DNA from: a plasmid
Sequence record: NZ_CP120951.1
Direction: 5' to 3' (one strand)
Length of the DNA stretch: 64,000 nucleotides
The first letter of the stretch is position 1. Each line of letters starts with the position of its first letter. Below, in pieces: positions 29,776-38,998 of the stretch. Position numbers and translations under genes: made by a program. Under the pieces are notes generated by a model. That model searched no databases, was not told the origin of the DNA, and saw only the letters and a list, made by a program, of their open reading frames with translations.

Positions 29776-30600
29776 TTAATGCCCCCCACTACACGGGCCG
29801 GACCAGCTCTCGGGTGTTTTCCCGCCACACCGTGCAAAACCTATCGCCTCGTGGACGCCGATGACAGCCCCTGTATTCGGATCGGCTTCGCAGACAGCAG
29901 CCACAAAGTTCTGCACTTCCATACCGGAACCCGAGTCGAGCCCATAATCGAGACGTGCCCCCTTCACCACGACGAACTGTCCGTTCGTCGTGAACGAGAA
30001 CAGATTCCCGTTTTGCTTCGGCGGCGCATACACGCCGTTCCATGTGATTTTCCAATCGCTGTAGTTATTGGCAGTCCAGTAATGCCAGCGAAGGGTGTTG
30101 TTTGCCTCGAGCACCGGTGCGTCCGTCGCAGCGTTCGCATCAGTGATGCCGTACCCACCTTGCCGCTGCGCGATGGCTTGCGCGCATTGGGCGATCGGAT
30201 CGACAGCAGGCGGCGGAACAGACTGGCAACCGGGCTGCGTCCATTGCGACCCCGTCCAGGTCGGCGCTGCCGTCTGCAACATGCCAGCCGGACAGCTCGG
30301 CGGCGCCTGATAGCTGCACTGCGGCTGACTCCAGTGCGAACCCTGCCAAACCGCACTCCCCGTTGTGACCCATCCAGGTCCCTGCGCACATTGCGGCGCA
30401 GGGATCGGATCGTGATAGATCGGTGTCAGGCACGTGTTGTCCTGGTAGCCGGGCGAGCAGGTTACGGGCGTAGCACGAGCGTTTTGAATCGACAGCGTCG
30501 CTGCGATCGAGATCGTGAACAGCGCGAGCAACGGCCATCCGAACCGCCCAAATCCGCGATTCACTTCGCGGCAAGCTGCGTTGCTGTTGTTGCGTGACAT
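29776..30600 (-). CDS. Secreted Cys/Trp-rich protein with W-x-G-S-x-W-[ST]-Q-P-x-C repeats.
   Basis: It has a signal peptide and three copies of the WxGSxWxQPxC motif. A GAGGA RBS is present. Confidence 0.55.
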   Translation of the reverse strand: MSRNNSNAACREVNRGFGRFGWPLLALFTISIAATLSIQNARATPVTCSPGYQDNTCLTPIYHDPIPAPQCAQGPGWVTTGSAVWQGSHWSQPQCSYQAPPSCPAGMLQTAAPTWTGSQWTQPGCQSVPPPAVDPIAQCAQAIAQRQGGYGITDANAATDAPVLEANNTLRWHYWTANNYSDWKITWNGVYAPPKQNGNLFSFTTNGQFVVVKGARLDYGLDSGSGMEVQNFVAAVCEADPNTGAVIGVHEAIGFARCGGKTPESWSGPCSGGH

Positions 30601-30618
30601 GGTTCAATTCCTCGATCG

Positions 30619-31920
30619 TCAGTACGCGCAGTACGTTGCGGCAATCCCCTGCGCTCCGGGAATCCCATTTCCGACACCATCAGTCAGGTGAACCTGCCAC
30701 CCATTGCCTGTCCACGTCGCAGGTCCTGCATTCACGACGCTGGTCTCATTCACCCTGAAGTTTTGCGGGGTGACTTGAATCTGCATTGATCCGCCGTTCG
30801 GACACGTCGGTTGGGGCACCCACGTGGCATCCCACACCGTGTAATACCCATACCGCAGCCAGCGGCCGCCGATCGGCATCCACGTTCCGAACTGGCAAGA
30901 GAGAATCTGCCCCGACCCATCGCTATTCGCGGCGATCGCTCCGTTCGGAGAGCACGCTGTCGACGCGACGGCGATATTTCCGGCCTGCAACGTGCCCTGC
31001 ACGCCCAGCGACCCTTTACCGTTGGCGCCACTGACCATCAAGTGGTTGTCGCCGTCATTCATCAGGCGCATGTTGAAATCCTGCGCACCCTTACCGCCGT
31101 AATGGAAATCGACATAGGGCACCTGACCTGGATGGGTGCCGCTCATGTCACCCAGCTCGAGCGAACCGCCTTGGTCCCCGTTCATCCCTGCGCCATTTGC
31201 GAGCCGAAATGTGTTTGCGTTGACGACGTCGGCACCATTGATGCTGTGCTGCGCTCCGGTCGTATCTGTCATGCTCAGGTCCGTCTGCATCGCATTGAGA
31301 TCCGGCCGACCCGGCTTCATGTCGACCCGATACAGGTAGCCGTTGTCGCTCGGCGCATCGCCCACTCCGACCATCATCGCGAGATGGCCACTGCCCGGAT
31401 TCGCGTACCCCGTGAGCGACTGGCGGAATGACCCGCCTGCGCCGATCGCAACGGTTGGCTGCATCGTCGCGTCGCCGGCCTGATTCGCGTACGGCACAAA
31501 GCCACCGAGATTGCCGCGACCGCTCGATTGCGACGCGAGCGGCACCAGCTTCTGCGGCGGGATCGCCGTGCCACCCGTCGTGAACAGCATCGTCTGCAGC
31601 TTGCCCGGTTGCGGCTGCAGCACCTGCGCCGCCCACTGCTGTCGAAACACGTTCGCCGTGCTCATGCCGGACGGCAGATAGCCGCCAGCCTGCAGGTCGG
31701 AAACCGTCACGTTGGCCGGCTGCGTCGGCGTCGCGACCGCAGCCAAGTCCGCACCGTGATCCTTCACGTAGCGGCCCAGCGCCGCACCCATGACCTGCGC
31801 CTGGTTCGCCGCGCCGGCGACCTGAATTGAATCCGCAGACCGCTGCAGCCACGCGAACAGCACCGAAGCCATCATGAGCCACATCAACGTACCGGCCAGA
31901 CTGCCGAGCATTTCGCCCAT
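30619..31920 (-). CDS. pilV: PilV-like thin-pilus tip adhesin / minor pilin.
   Basis: Prepilin-like hydrophobic N-terminus and a long Gly/Asn-rich body. An AGGAG RBS is present. It is the last gene of the thin-pilus cluster. Confidence 0.6.
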   Translation of the reverse strand: MGEMLGSLAGTLMWLMMASVLFAWLQRSADSIQVAGAANQAQVMGAALGRYVKDHGADLAAVATPTQPANVTVSDLQAGGYLPSGMSTANVFRQQWAAQVLQPQPGKLQTMLFTTGGTAIPPQKLVPLASQSSGRGNLGGFVPYANQAGDATMQPTVAIGAGGSFRQSLTGYANPGSGHLAMMVGVGDAPSDNGYLYRVDMKPGRPDLNAMQTDLSMTDTTGAQHSINGADVVNANTFRLANGAGMNGDQGGSLELGDMSGTHPGQVPYVDFHYGGKGAQDFNMRLMNDGDNHLMVSGANGKGSLGVQGTLQAGNIAVASTACSPNGAIAANSDGSGQILSCQFGTWMPIGGRWLRYGYYTVWDATWVPQPTCPNGGSMQIQVTPQNFRVNETSVVNAGPATWTGNGWQVHLTDGVGNGIPGAQGIAATYCAY

Positions 31921-32232
31921 CGCTTACTCCTGTTGCCCGCCGCGCGCGAAGCGCGGCGTAGCACTCGAATGCACCGTAGATCAGCCATCCAATCACCTCG
32001 AACAGCTGAACCGCACCAAACACGGCCACCATCGCCAGGCCGAGCGCAGCGGCGATGCGCGACCCGACCGCATCGGCGGGCATCTTCAGAATCTCCGCTA
32101 TCGCCGGTTCAAACGCCCATTGATAGACGAAGATCATCACGATCACGCCAACCACCAGCCGCGCAATGACCATGACAACCTGTTCGACCCGCGTCGGTAC
32201 CGGTTCGGCAGACTCCCTATCCAGATTCCCGG

Positions 32233-32703
32233 TCACGGCGTCACCCTCCCTTGATAGAGCAGCGTGCCGGCCACGAACGTCGTCGGTACGTTGATCGTCT
32301 GCCCACCGATCAGCGCCTTCGCTGTACCGCTCGCCGGCACCGCATACCAGAACGCCGGATTGTTGAGGCGCTCCATTAGCACGCCCGCCGCACCCGGCAA
32401 CGTCGGTACGCCCGCGAACACCAACCGCCCCGCACCGTCCGCGCGCGTCACGCAGTTCGCGCCAGGCAGCGCGGTCAATCCGGACGGCCATGTCACGACC
32501 AGCGCGTCGCTCACCAAACCAGGCTGCGCCTGCGCGCTTGCTACACACGCTGCCGCAAATACTTCTGCCTGCAGCGCACGCGTCTCGGCCCTGCTGTCCG
32601 CGCGCGCGTCCGCTCCGGCAACACGCCCGACCGCGCGCTGCTCGCCTGCGATCAGGCTCAACGCCAACATCAACACCACGAGCGGGAGCAGCGCGTAGCC
32701 CAT
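32233..32703 (-). CDS. Pseudopilin-like protein with an N-terminal hydrophobic helix.
   Basis: 156 aa with a TGGAG RBS. It lies adjacent to the PilT-like stop. Confidence 0.45.
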   Translation of the reverse strand: MGYALLPLVVLMLALSLIAGEQRAVGRVAGADARADSRAETRALQAEVFAAACVASAQAQPGLVSDALVVTWPSGLTALPGANCVTRADGAGRLVFAGVPTLPGAAGVLMERLNNPAFWYAVPASGTAKALIGGQTINVPTTFVAGTLLYQGRVTP

Positions 32704-33732
32704 TTAGAACTCCACATCCAGCGATGCGTTATTCAACAGGCGCGTATGCCGATCAATCTCCGTTGACAGCTGACGGAAATCCGTTCCGTGCAGTTGCGAT
32801 CGAATGCCCTTTTCGTTGCGCGACCCTGCCACGATCAGCGGCGTCACATGCAACTTCCGCTGCATTGCGCCGTCGCGCTCCGTCAAAAGCAGGCTCTGGT
32901 GAATCACCGCGCCAATCCCTTGCGCAAACAAACCCGCATCTGCGCCGGCGTCGCGCACCATGCTCGCGAGACGCTGCAGCCCGGTAATCTGATCGGCAGC
33001 GTGATACGTCGCAATCACCAGCACGCCGGACGCCGCCGCGAGCAATGCCTGTACAACGGCATCGGCCGTACGTAGCTCGCCAACCATGATCAAGTTCGGC
33101 GCGCCACGCTGACGCCTACGGATTTCCGGACCGAACTCAGTGTCCTCATCCACTTCCTTCTGATACAGCGTGCCGGTTGCGTCTTCACCGCGGTACACGC
33201 CCTCGATTTCCACTTCGATCGGGTTCTCGATCGTGTAGCCCACCCCGCCGTACCGTTTCATCCATTCGACGGTCAGCGACGTCGCACCAACCGTCTTGCC
33301 ACTCGACGTACCGCCCGAGATCAGGACGACACGACCGCGCATCGAGGGCGACAACAACGCGCGTTCAATTCGATCACCGTAGCCAAGCGTGTCGAACGCG
33401 AGTGCAGCCGGCGCATGGCGGCGCAGCACGTACAGCGGTCCTGCGATCGTCTCGAACCGCGCGCCTCGCATCGACAGCCCGTCCCACTTCAGACGGAAAT
33501 CGTTCTTCGTGACCGTCGTCTCGATGTGCTGTTTCAGCACTGCGATCGCATCGCGTTGCTCGAAGCCGATTTCATGCCGAACCGGGTCATTTGCGTAGGT
33601 CTTGAACCACGCGCTGTCGCCCGCTTCGAGATACAGGTCCGAAAAACTCAGCGCCGCGAGCGAGCCGTCTCCAGCCCCTTCGGTCCACTCGCGCGGCTCA
33701 GCTTTCCCAAACGCATATTCATTCGACAGCAT
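32704..33732 (-). CDS. PilT/PilU-family (retraction-type) ATPase.
   Basis: Walker A (GGTSSGKT) with Asp and His boxes. An AGGAGA RBS precedes the ATG at 33732. Confidence 0.7.
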   Translation of the reverse strand: MLSNEYAFGKAEPREWTEGAGDGSLAALSFSDLYLEAGDSAWFKTYANDPVRHEIGFEQRDAIAVLKQHIETTVTKNDFRLKWDGLSMRGARFETIAGPLYVLRRHAPAALAFDTLGYGDRIERALLSPSMRGRVVLISGGTSSGKTVGATSLTVEWMKRYGGVGYTIENPIEVEIEGVYRGEDATGTLYQKEVDEDTEFGPEIRRRQRGAPNLIMVGELRTADAVVQALLAAASGVLVIATYHAADQITGLQRLASMVRDAGADAGLFAQGIGAVIHQSLLLTERDGAMQRKLHVTPLIVAGSRNEKGIRSQLHGTDFRQLSTEIDRHTRLLNNASLDVEF

Positions 33733-33802
33733 CGTTACTCTCCTATGACATCTATCGACAGGCCTTGCGCCGCTCGCACCGCGCAAGGCCGCCGTGCTTC
33801 CA

Positions 33803-34297
33803 TCAGCTGAACGTGATCTGGATCGTGGTGTTGTTGCTGCACACCTGAGCAGCATTAACGCCATCCGGCAAAGCATTTCGTGTAAACGTCGTCCCGCCGA
33901 TCACGAGCGTGTCGTAGTCGCGCAACGTCGTCACCAGTTGCGAGCAGTCCTTCTGATTGTTGATGCCTGCCAAGGTGATCACGCCTTGACCGTTGTTGTT
34001 CGTAGGTGCCAGCGTGATGGCGCCGGCCCATTTGTTAACCAGGTTCCCGTTGCGTACCATCCCAGGCGGCACGATGCTGTTCTGAATCAGGTACGCGGCA
34101 TTCCCCGTAGTGAAATTCGCGTATCCATTGGGCGTTTCGCCCAGCTGCTGCCTTGCCGCCCCTTGCAGCAACGTGATGTCGCTCACCTGCGACGAAACCT
34201 TGTTGCCACCCGACGCGGCATAGATCACGCCAGCGGCGGCCGCCATACTCAACAGCACCAACAGCTTGCCGTACCAGGTTGCCAGTAAGTCACCCAT
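33803..34297 (-). CDS. pilS: Major pilin candidate (PilS-like type IVb pilin).
   Basis: 164 aa with a hydrophobic N-terminal helix and C-terminal cysteines. An AGGAGA RBS is present. It sits between the pilR and pilT-like genes. Confidence 0.5.
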   Translation of the reverse strand: MGDLLATWYGKLLVLLSMAAAAGVIYAASGGNKVSSQVSDITLLQGAARQQLGETPNGYANFTTGNAAYLIQNSIVPPGMVRNGNLVNKWAGAITLAPTNNNGQGVITLAGINNQKDCSQLVTTLRDYDTLVIGGTTFTRNALPDGVNAAQVCSNNTTIQITFS

Positions 34298-34349
34298 GTC
34301 CTTTCTCCTACGCTACGCTTGCGATACCCAAAATTGATGACCGCCGTGC

Positions 34350-35450
34350 CTACATTCCGATCGAGCCGGCCATGTTCCCGATCAAACCGTTACTGGCGAG
34401 CTGCACAAGGCCGATCACCACGAAAATCACGAACAAACAAATTCCACCGATCGTCTTCGAGATCCGGCGCATGCGCTTTTCCAGGACCTCAGCATGCGTA
34501 TGCGCGAGGCTCTCCAATGCGTCGGCGCCACCTTCCGCGCCGTCCAGCGTCGCGATCCGCTCGATCAAATCGAGGGATGGAAAGCCGAGTCCCGAGCGCC
34601 GCAGGGAATCGCCCAACGGATGCCCTTCGACCAGCGCCCGGTACACCGGCCGCAGCCGTGATGCAAGCCAGGGCGACGCACGACGAATCTGCTGCGCGAT
34701 CGCATCGGCCTGCGGCACGCCACCCTTGACCTGCGTGACCAAATTCAGCAACCACCGCGTGCCCTCGAACTCGCGGTACACCGTAAAAACAAAGTACGCT
34801 TCCTCGACCCAAACACGCATGCGTGCAATCCAGCGTGGCAACGCCTGGACGGTCGCCGTGGCGAACACCGTCGCCAGCACTGCCGCGATCACCGGCGCGT
34901 AGCCTTGTCCGAGATCACCAAACCAGCCGAGCAAGGCCGTCCATCCCGTCCACTTCTCTCGCGGCAAAATCAGTTCGATCGACGGCATCACTTGCTCACC
35001 GACGACATAGAAAAATCCGTACATACAAACCATGTACACAATCGGATCGATGATGCTCGACCACGCGACCGACTGAATTCGGAGAATCCGCGCGCGCGTG
35101 TCGATGATTTGCTGCATGGCCTTCGGGAGGCCGCCCGCGCTCGACCGCTCACCGATCTCCAATACGCTGCGCTCCATATCAGGCAAACCATGGCCCAGCG
35201 CCTGCGCGAACGACGCCCCGTCCTCGAGCGCCAGATACACGCGGTGGATCTGCTGGGCCGCTGCCCGCTTCTTGCGACGCAAAAGGCTCTGGCGAATCAA
35301 CATCAGCACCTGTGTGGGCGTCCGTCCTTGTGGCAGCAACTGGATCGCGTCCTCATAAATCCGAAGCCGCAGCGCCCACGACAGTGCCTTTTCACGCTGA
35401 CGGCGGCGGTTGAACAACGAGCCGAACAACGGCAGCGAAAATCCGTTCAC
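34350..35450 (-). CDS. pilR: PilR/GspF-family inner-membrane platform protein.
   Basis: Three TM segments and GspF-like repeats. A GTG start overlaps the pilQ stop. Confidence 0.7.
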   Translation of the reverse strand: MNGFSLPLFGSLFNRRRQREKALSWALRLRIYEDAIQLLPQGRTPTQVLMLIRQSLLRRKKRAAAQQIHRVYLALEDGASFAQALGHGLPDMERSVLEIGERSSAGGLPKAMQQIIDTRARILRIQSVAWSSIIDPIVYMVCMYGFFYVVGEQVMPSIELILPREKWTGWTALLGWFGDLGQGYAPVIAAVLATVFATATVQALPRWIARMRVWVEEAYFVFTVYREFEGTRWLLNLVTQVKGGVPQADAIAQQIRRASPWLASRLRPVYRALVEGHPLGDSLRRSGLGFPSLDLIERIATLDGAEGGADALESLAHTHAEVLEKRMRRISKTIGGICLFVIFVVIGLVQLASNGLIGNMAGSIGM

Positions 35451-37138
35451 GGTGCAAGCTCCTCGAAGGTCGGCAGGCGTTCGTCGTTTCGGGCATCAAC
35501 GCTAAGCTGAGACTGCGCCGCATTCGGATCGACGCGACCGGCCAGCACGTTCGCGACCGCATACGCCAGCATCGAGTAATCCGTATCCGGTCGAGCGCGG
35601 TGCCGGCGCTTCACCTCATCGAGCGGCAACGTCCGCAGGTCCGACATCAACGCGACATCCGTTTCGATGATTTCAGCGGCGACCACCCGCCCGACTGTCC
35701 CCAGTCCATCGCAGTGCTCGCAACCGGGCCCGCGCACATGGACGTTCAGCGTGTCGCCCCAGGTATTGAGCGCGCGCAGCACTTCGTCGGGCACGGCATC
35801 GTCCGCGGCGTCGACGAGCGGCACGCGGCAGTGTTCGCACAGCCGCGGCAGCAGCCGCATGCCGATCACGGCGATCACCTTCTCCGGGTTGCACGTATTG
35901 CGGCGCGACAACCGTTCCGGGTCCATGTCCTCGAGGCGCTCGAAGAAGTAGTACGGGTCGATGACGTGCAGCGTGGTCAGCACAAGACGGCCTGTCAGCG
36001 CTGCCTCAAGTGCCGTATGTGCTTCCTCCGGCGCACGCAGCTCGCTAACCAGCAGCATGTTCGGATCCATGCGCAGCGTCTCGCGCAGCAGATCCATGAA
36101 GGAGTGCACCCCAACGACCAACTGAACGTCCCATTCCTTCTCGAACTCGGGCGGATCTTCCATCGCGATCTGACGACGTTCCGGAAAGCGCTGGGCGATA
36201 TAGCGCTCCATATGGAAAATCGCCTGCGTCTTGCCGCTACCCACCGGCCCCGTCAATCCCACCAGTCCGTTAGGGCGGTGCGAGATGCGCCGCATCCGTT
36301 CGACCTGCGCGGGCGCGAACCCTTTCCACGCGGGATCGTTCTCCGGTTGTTCGGGACGAGTCGGCGCTCTGAGCCGCAACTCCCGGATCGCATCCCGACG
36401 CGACTTGTTCGGCACCGCGTCCGGACGACGTTGCAACCGGGCCACGAGGAATCCGCCGCCGTGTGTAATCGGCACGGACGGCCCGCGAATAATCCGAACT
36501 GTCGACAGCGCCGTACCCACGAGCGTCTCACCATCGATCTGTGCGTCCTGGAAGTCCAGCGGCTTCAGCTCGGGCGGCTTGTTCGTCGCGAGCCCCTGAT
36601 AAATCGCGCCGATCAGCCGCCGACCTTCGTCAGCGTGCATCGAGAACGCGTCTGACGTGTGCAGATCGCCGTGGATCCGCACCTGCACGTCCGTATGCCG
36701 ACGACGCACCAAAATATGTATGTCGCTGGCGCCAGCGGCTGCGGCCAGTGACAACAGCAACAGCGCCCTAGCCTGCGTGGCCTGCATCGGATCGTCGCGC
36801 CGCGCAATCGCATGCTGACCACGCAGCCGCTCAAGTGCATCGACCGTGACCGAGTCGACGGCGTAACCGATCTTCAGCTCATCGAGGCGCTTCAACCACG
36901 TCCTCACGGCCGCCGAACTCTTGACGCGATGGTCGATGTAGATCATCGCCTTGACGTCAGCATCACCTGCGTTGTCCGACATCGCAACAACGACACTCGA
37001 CTGCAGATGCTCCGGCACGTCGATTCGATCGGGGCGCGCGCCGATCACCGGCACCATGCTTACTGGAGACGACGCAGAGGCGTCAGGCGCAACCAGCGCC
37101 ATCGCATCCGAAACGATCAGCGTCCGCGGCGACTTCAT
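35447..37138 (-). CDS. pilQ: PilQ/GspE-family assembly ATPase.
   Basis: Walker A (GPVGSGKT), Cys tetrad and GspE signature. The start is refined to the ATG at 37138 with a GGGAG RBS and an ATGA overlap to the upstream gene. Confidence 0.85.
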   Translation of the reverse strand: MKSPRTLIVSDAMALVAPDASASSPVSMVPVIGARPDRIDVPEHLQSSVVVAMSDNAGDADVKAMIYIDHRVKSSAAVRTWLKRLDELKIGYAVDSVTVDALERLRGQHAIARRDDPMQATQARALLLLSLAAAAGASDIHILVRRRHTDVQVRIHGDLHTSDAFSMHADEGRRLIGAIYQGLATNKPPELKPLDFQDAQIDGETLVGTALSTVRIIRGPSVPITHGGGFLVARLQRRPDAVPNKSRRDAIRELRLRAPTRPEQPENDPAWKGFAPAQVERMRRISHRPNGLVGLTGPVGSGKTQAIFHMERYIAQRFPERRQIAMEDPPEFEKEWDVQLVVGVHSFMDLLRETLRMDPNMLLVSELRAPEEAHTALEAALTGRLVLTTLHVIDPYYFFERLEDMDPERLSRRNTCNPEKVIAVIGMRLLPRLCEHCRVPLVDAADDAVPDEVLRALNTWGDTLNVHVRGPGCEHCDGLGTVGRVVAAEIIETDVALMSDLRTLPLDEVKRRHRARPDTDYSMLAYAVANVLAGRVDPNAAQSQLSVDARNDERLPTFEELAP

Positions 37139-38385
37139 GCCTTCGCTCCCGCCGGTACCGGCAATGGTCGCGCGACTGCGGGAGCGGCCGGCAACTTCGT
37201 CCACGCATACAGCGTGCCCTGTGCACTCCACTCGCCCTTGATAACGTCGTACACGACCGCGGCAAGCCGCAAGCCGGGTGTCGCATCGAGATCTGCGCTG
37301 TATCGCATCCAAGGCGGTGCCACGAAAGTAAAAGCGACACCACGTGTTTGCCACGGCAGCACATCGACGTCGCGCGTGTTGCCATTCGCGTCGGGCTTCG
37401 GCGGCGGATCCAGCGTGAGCGGGACGGCACGCGTTTGCGAAAACGTCAGAATCGTGCGGCGTGCGAGATCGGCAAGTACGGCTGGCGCCGACGACGGCGA
37501 CCAGGTCATCGCTTGCGTCAGCGACTCCTGCGAATGATCGGGATCCGTCAGCACACCTGGCGCGTCAAGTGCAGTACCGCCAGCACGCGTCCAGCTCACC
37601 GTCAGCGCGAGCATCTCGCCCTGCTGCTCGCAGCGCCAGTTCGCGATCGTCCACCCGTCGCGTGCGAGTGCTTGAGCATGCCACGCGCTCGCGCAGGCAC
37701 TCAGCAGTGCCGAAGGCGCCGGCAGCTTCGTCCACGGCGGAATCGCCGCGTCGGCCTCGCGCTTCGCACGTCGGGCGTCTGCTTGCCGCTGCAATTCGGC
37801 GAGACGCTGCTCCTCCTGTTGATGCGCCAACCACAAAGCGCCCCCGACGCCAACCACTGCGATTGCCAACACCGCAGATAGCACCCAGACGATCTGCGGC
37901 ACCGATGCCTGCAGGTCGCGTAATCCGCGCTCAGGCGTCGCGAGCCCGACGATTTCCGCGAGGTGCGCGACCGTCCCATCGTGTTCGTGCCAGCTTTCTT
38001 GCGCCCGCAGCGCATCGCGCGCGGCGATTACATCGCCGCGATCGCCGAAATGATCGCCACCAGGAACGATTTCGCCGTCGCGAACGGCAATCAACCAGTA
38101 GGCGTCGTCGGTCAGCTTGAACACACCCATCCACGGCGACGGATACTGCTCGGCCGCAAGGCTTGCGAGTGCCCGGATGCGGCCCACTCCCTTTGTGCCT
38201 GGCGGCAGTTCGCCGTAGCCGGCCTGGTAGACGCCGGTCGCCGTGTGACGCACGACGCCAAAGCGGCCGAGCCGTCGAGCGCGTTCACGCAGCGCGGCAG
38301 GTTTCGGTTTGACAGGCTCGTGCTCCCATGTGAGGCCGAGCGCGTAGCGCGCGGTCGATTCGGGGAGCGTCACGATCGTGAGCAT
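37135..38385 (-). CDS. PilO-like bitopic membrane protein.
   Basis: 416 aa with a central TM helix. Named from its position in the cluster. Confidence 0.45.
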   Translation of the reverse strand: MLTIVTLPESTARYALGLTWEHEPVKPKPAALRERARRLGRFGVVRHTATGVYQAGYGELPPGTKGVGRIRALASLAAEQYPSPWMGVFKLTDDAYWLIAVRDGEIVPGGDHFGDRGDVIAARDALRAQESWHEHDGTVAHLAEIVGLATPERGLRDLQASVPQIVWVLSAVLAIAVVGVGGALWLAHQQEEQRLAELQRQADARRAKREADAAIPPWTKLPAPSALLSACASAWHAQALARDGWTIANWRCEQQGEMLALTVSWTRAGGTALDAPGVLTDPDHSQESLTQAMTWSPSSAPAVLADLARRTILTFSQTRAVPLTLDPPPKPDANGNTRDVDVLPWQTRGVAFTFVAPPWMRYSADLDATPGLRLAAVVYDVIKGEWSAQGTLYAWTKLPAAPAVARPLPVPAGAKA

Positions 38386-38387
38386 GG

Positions 38388-38990
38388 TCAGAACCTCACC
38401 CACCGCACACGGCCACCGCGCGCCAGCTGAACGCCGTTGCCCTCGATGCGTGCAACTTTCCAGCCATCATCGAGCGTGTCGCCGACTCGCACATCACGCG
38501 CAACACCACTGATCACCAGCGTCGCCATCGAGCGGCCGTCATACGAACCCGTGCCGGCCAACGTCATGTCGCTGATTGCCGACGTCCGAATGCCGATCGG
38601 CGGCGTACCAGGAATGGGCGAGGCCGTGGCCGGTAGCGGGTTGTTCAGCGCGAGAGGCATGCCGCTCGACGCCGGATTTTTCGCCTTGTCGATCGCCGCC
38701 TCGACCTCGGCGATCTCTTTTTTGACGCGCAGCACTGAAAGGCGCGACTGGAGCGCAGCGAGCTCGTCGCTGTCGGTCGTGCTCGCCACGGCTGCAGGTG
38801 CCGATGCAGGAATTGCGACAGCTACAGTGCTGCTGGCTTGCGACGCCGGTGCCGCGCCCGCGGGAACTGGGAGCGCCGGCGCACCGTTCGCGCGCGGATG
38901 GACTGCGAGCAGCAACGCGAACGCAAGCAGTGAGCCCGCCAGCACGGGCACGCGCACGGGTGACGGATGGGTACGCAGTCGGATATTCAT
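38388..38990 (-). CDS. PilP-like periplasmic protein (secretin-interacting).
   Basis: A signal peptide and a C-terminal GWKVARIEGNGVQL motif typical of PilP/GspC-like domains. Confidence 0.5.
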   Translation of the reverse strand: MNIRLRTHPSPVRVPVLAGSLLAFALLLAVHPRANGAPALPVPAGAAPASQASSTVAVAIPASAPAAVASTTDSDELAALQSRLSVLRVKKEIAEVEAAIDKAKNPASSGMPLALNNPLPATASPIPGTPPIGIRTSAISDMTLAGTGSYDGRSMATLVISGVARDVRVGDTLDDGWKVARIEGNGVQLARGGRVRWVRF

Positions 38991-38998
38991 TCGAGGCC

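Noticed and set aside
31148-32548. 466-aa minus-strand ORF spanning pilV and the pseudopilin.
   Set aside because: It overlaps two well-supported genes in other frames. It is only of interest for the 31921..32232 hydrophobic segment, which is reported separately.
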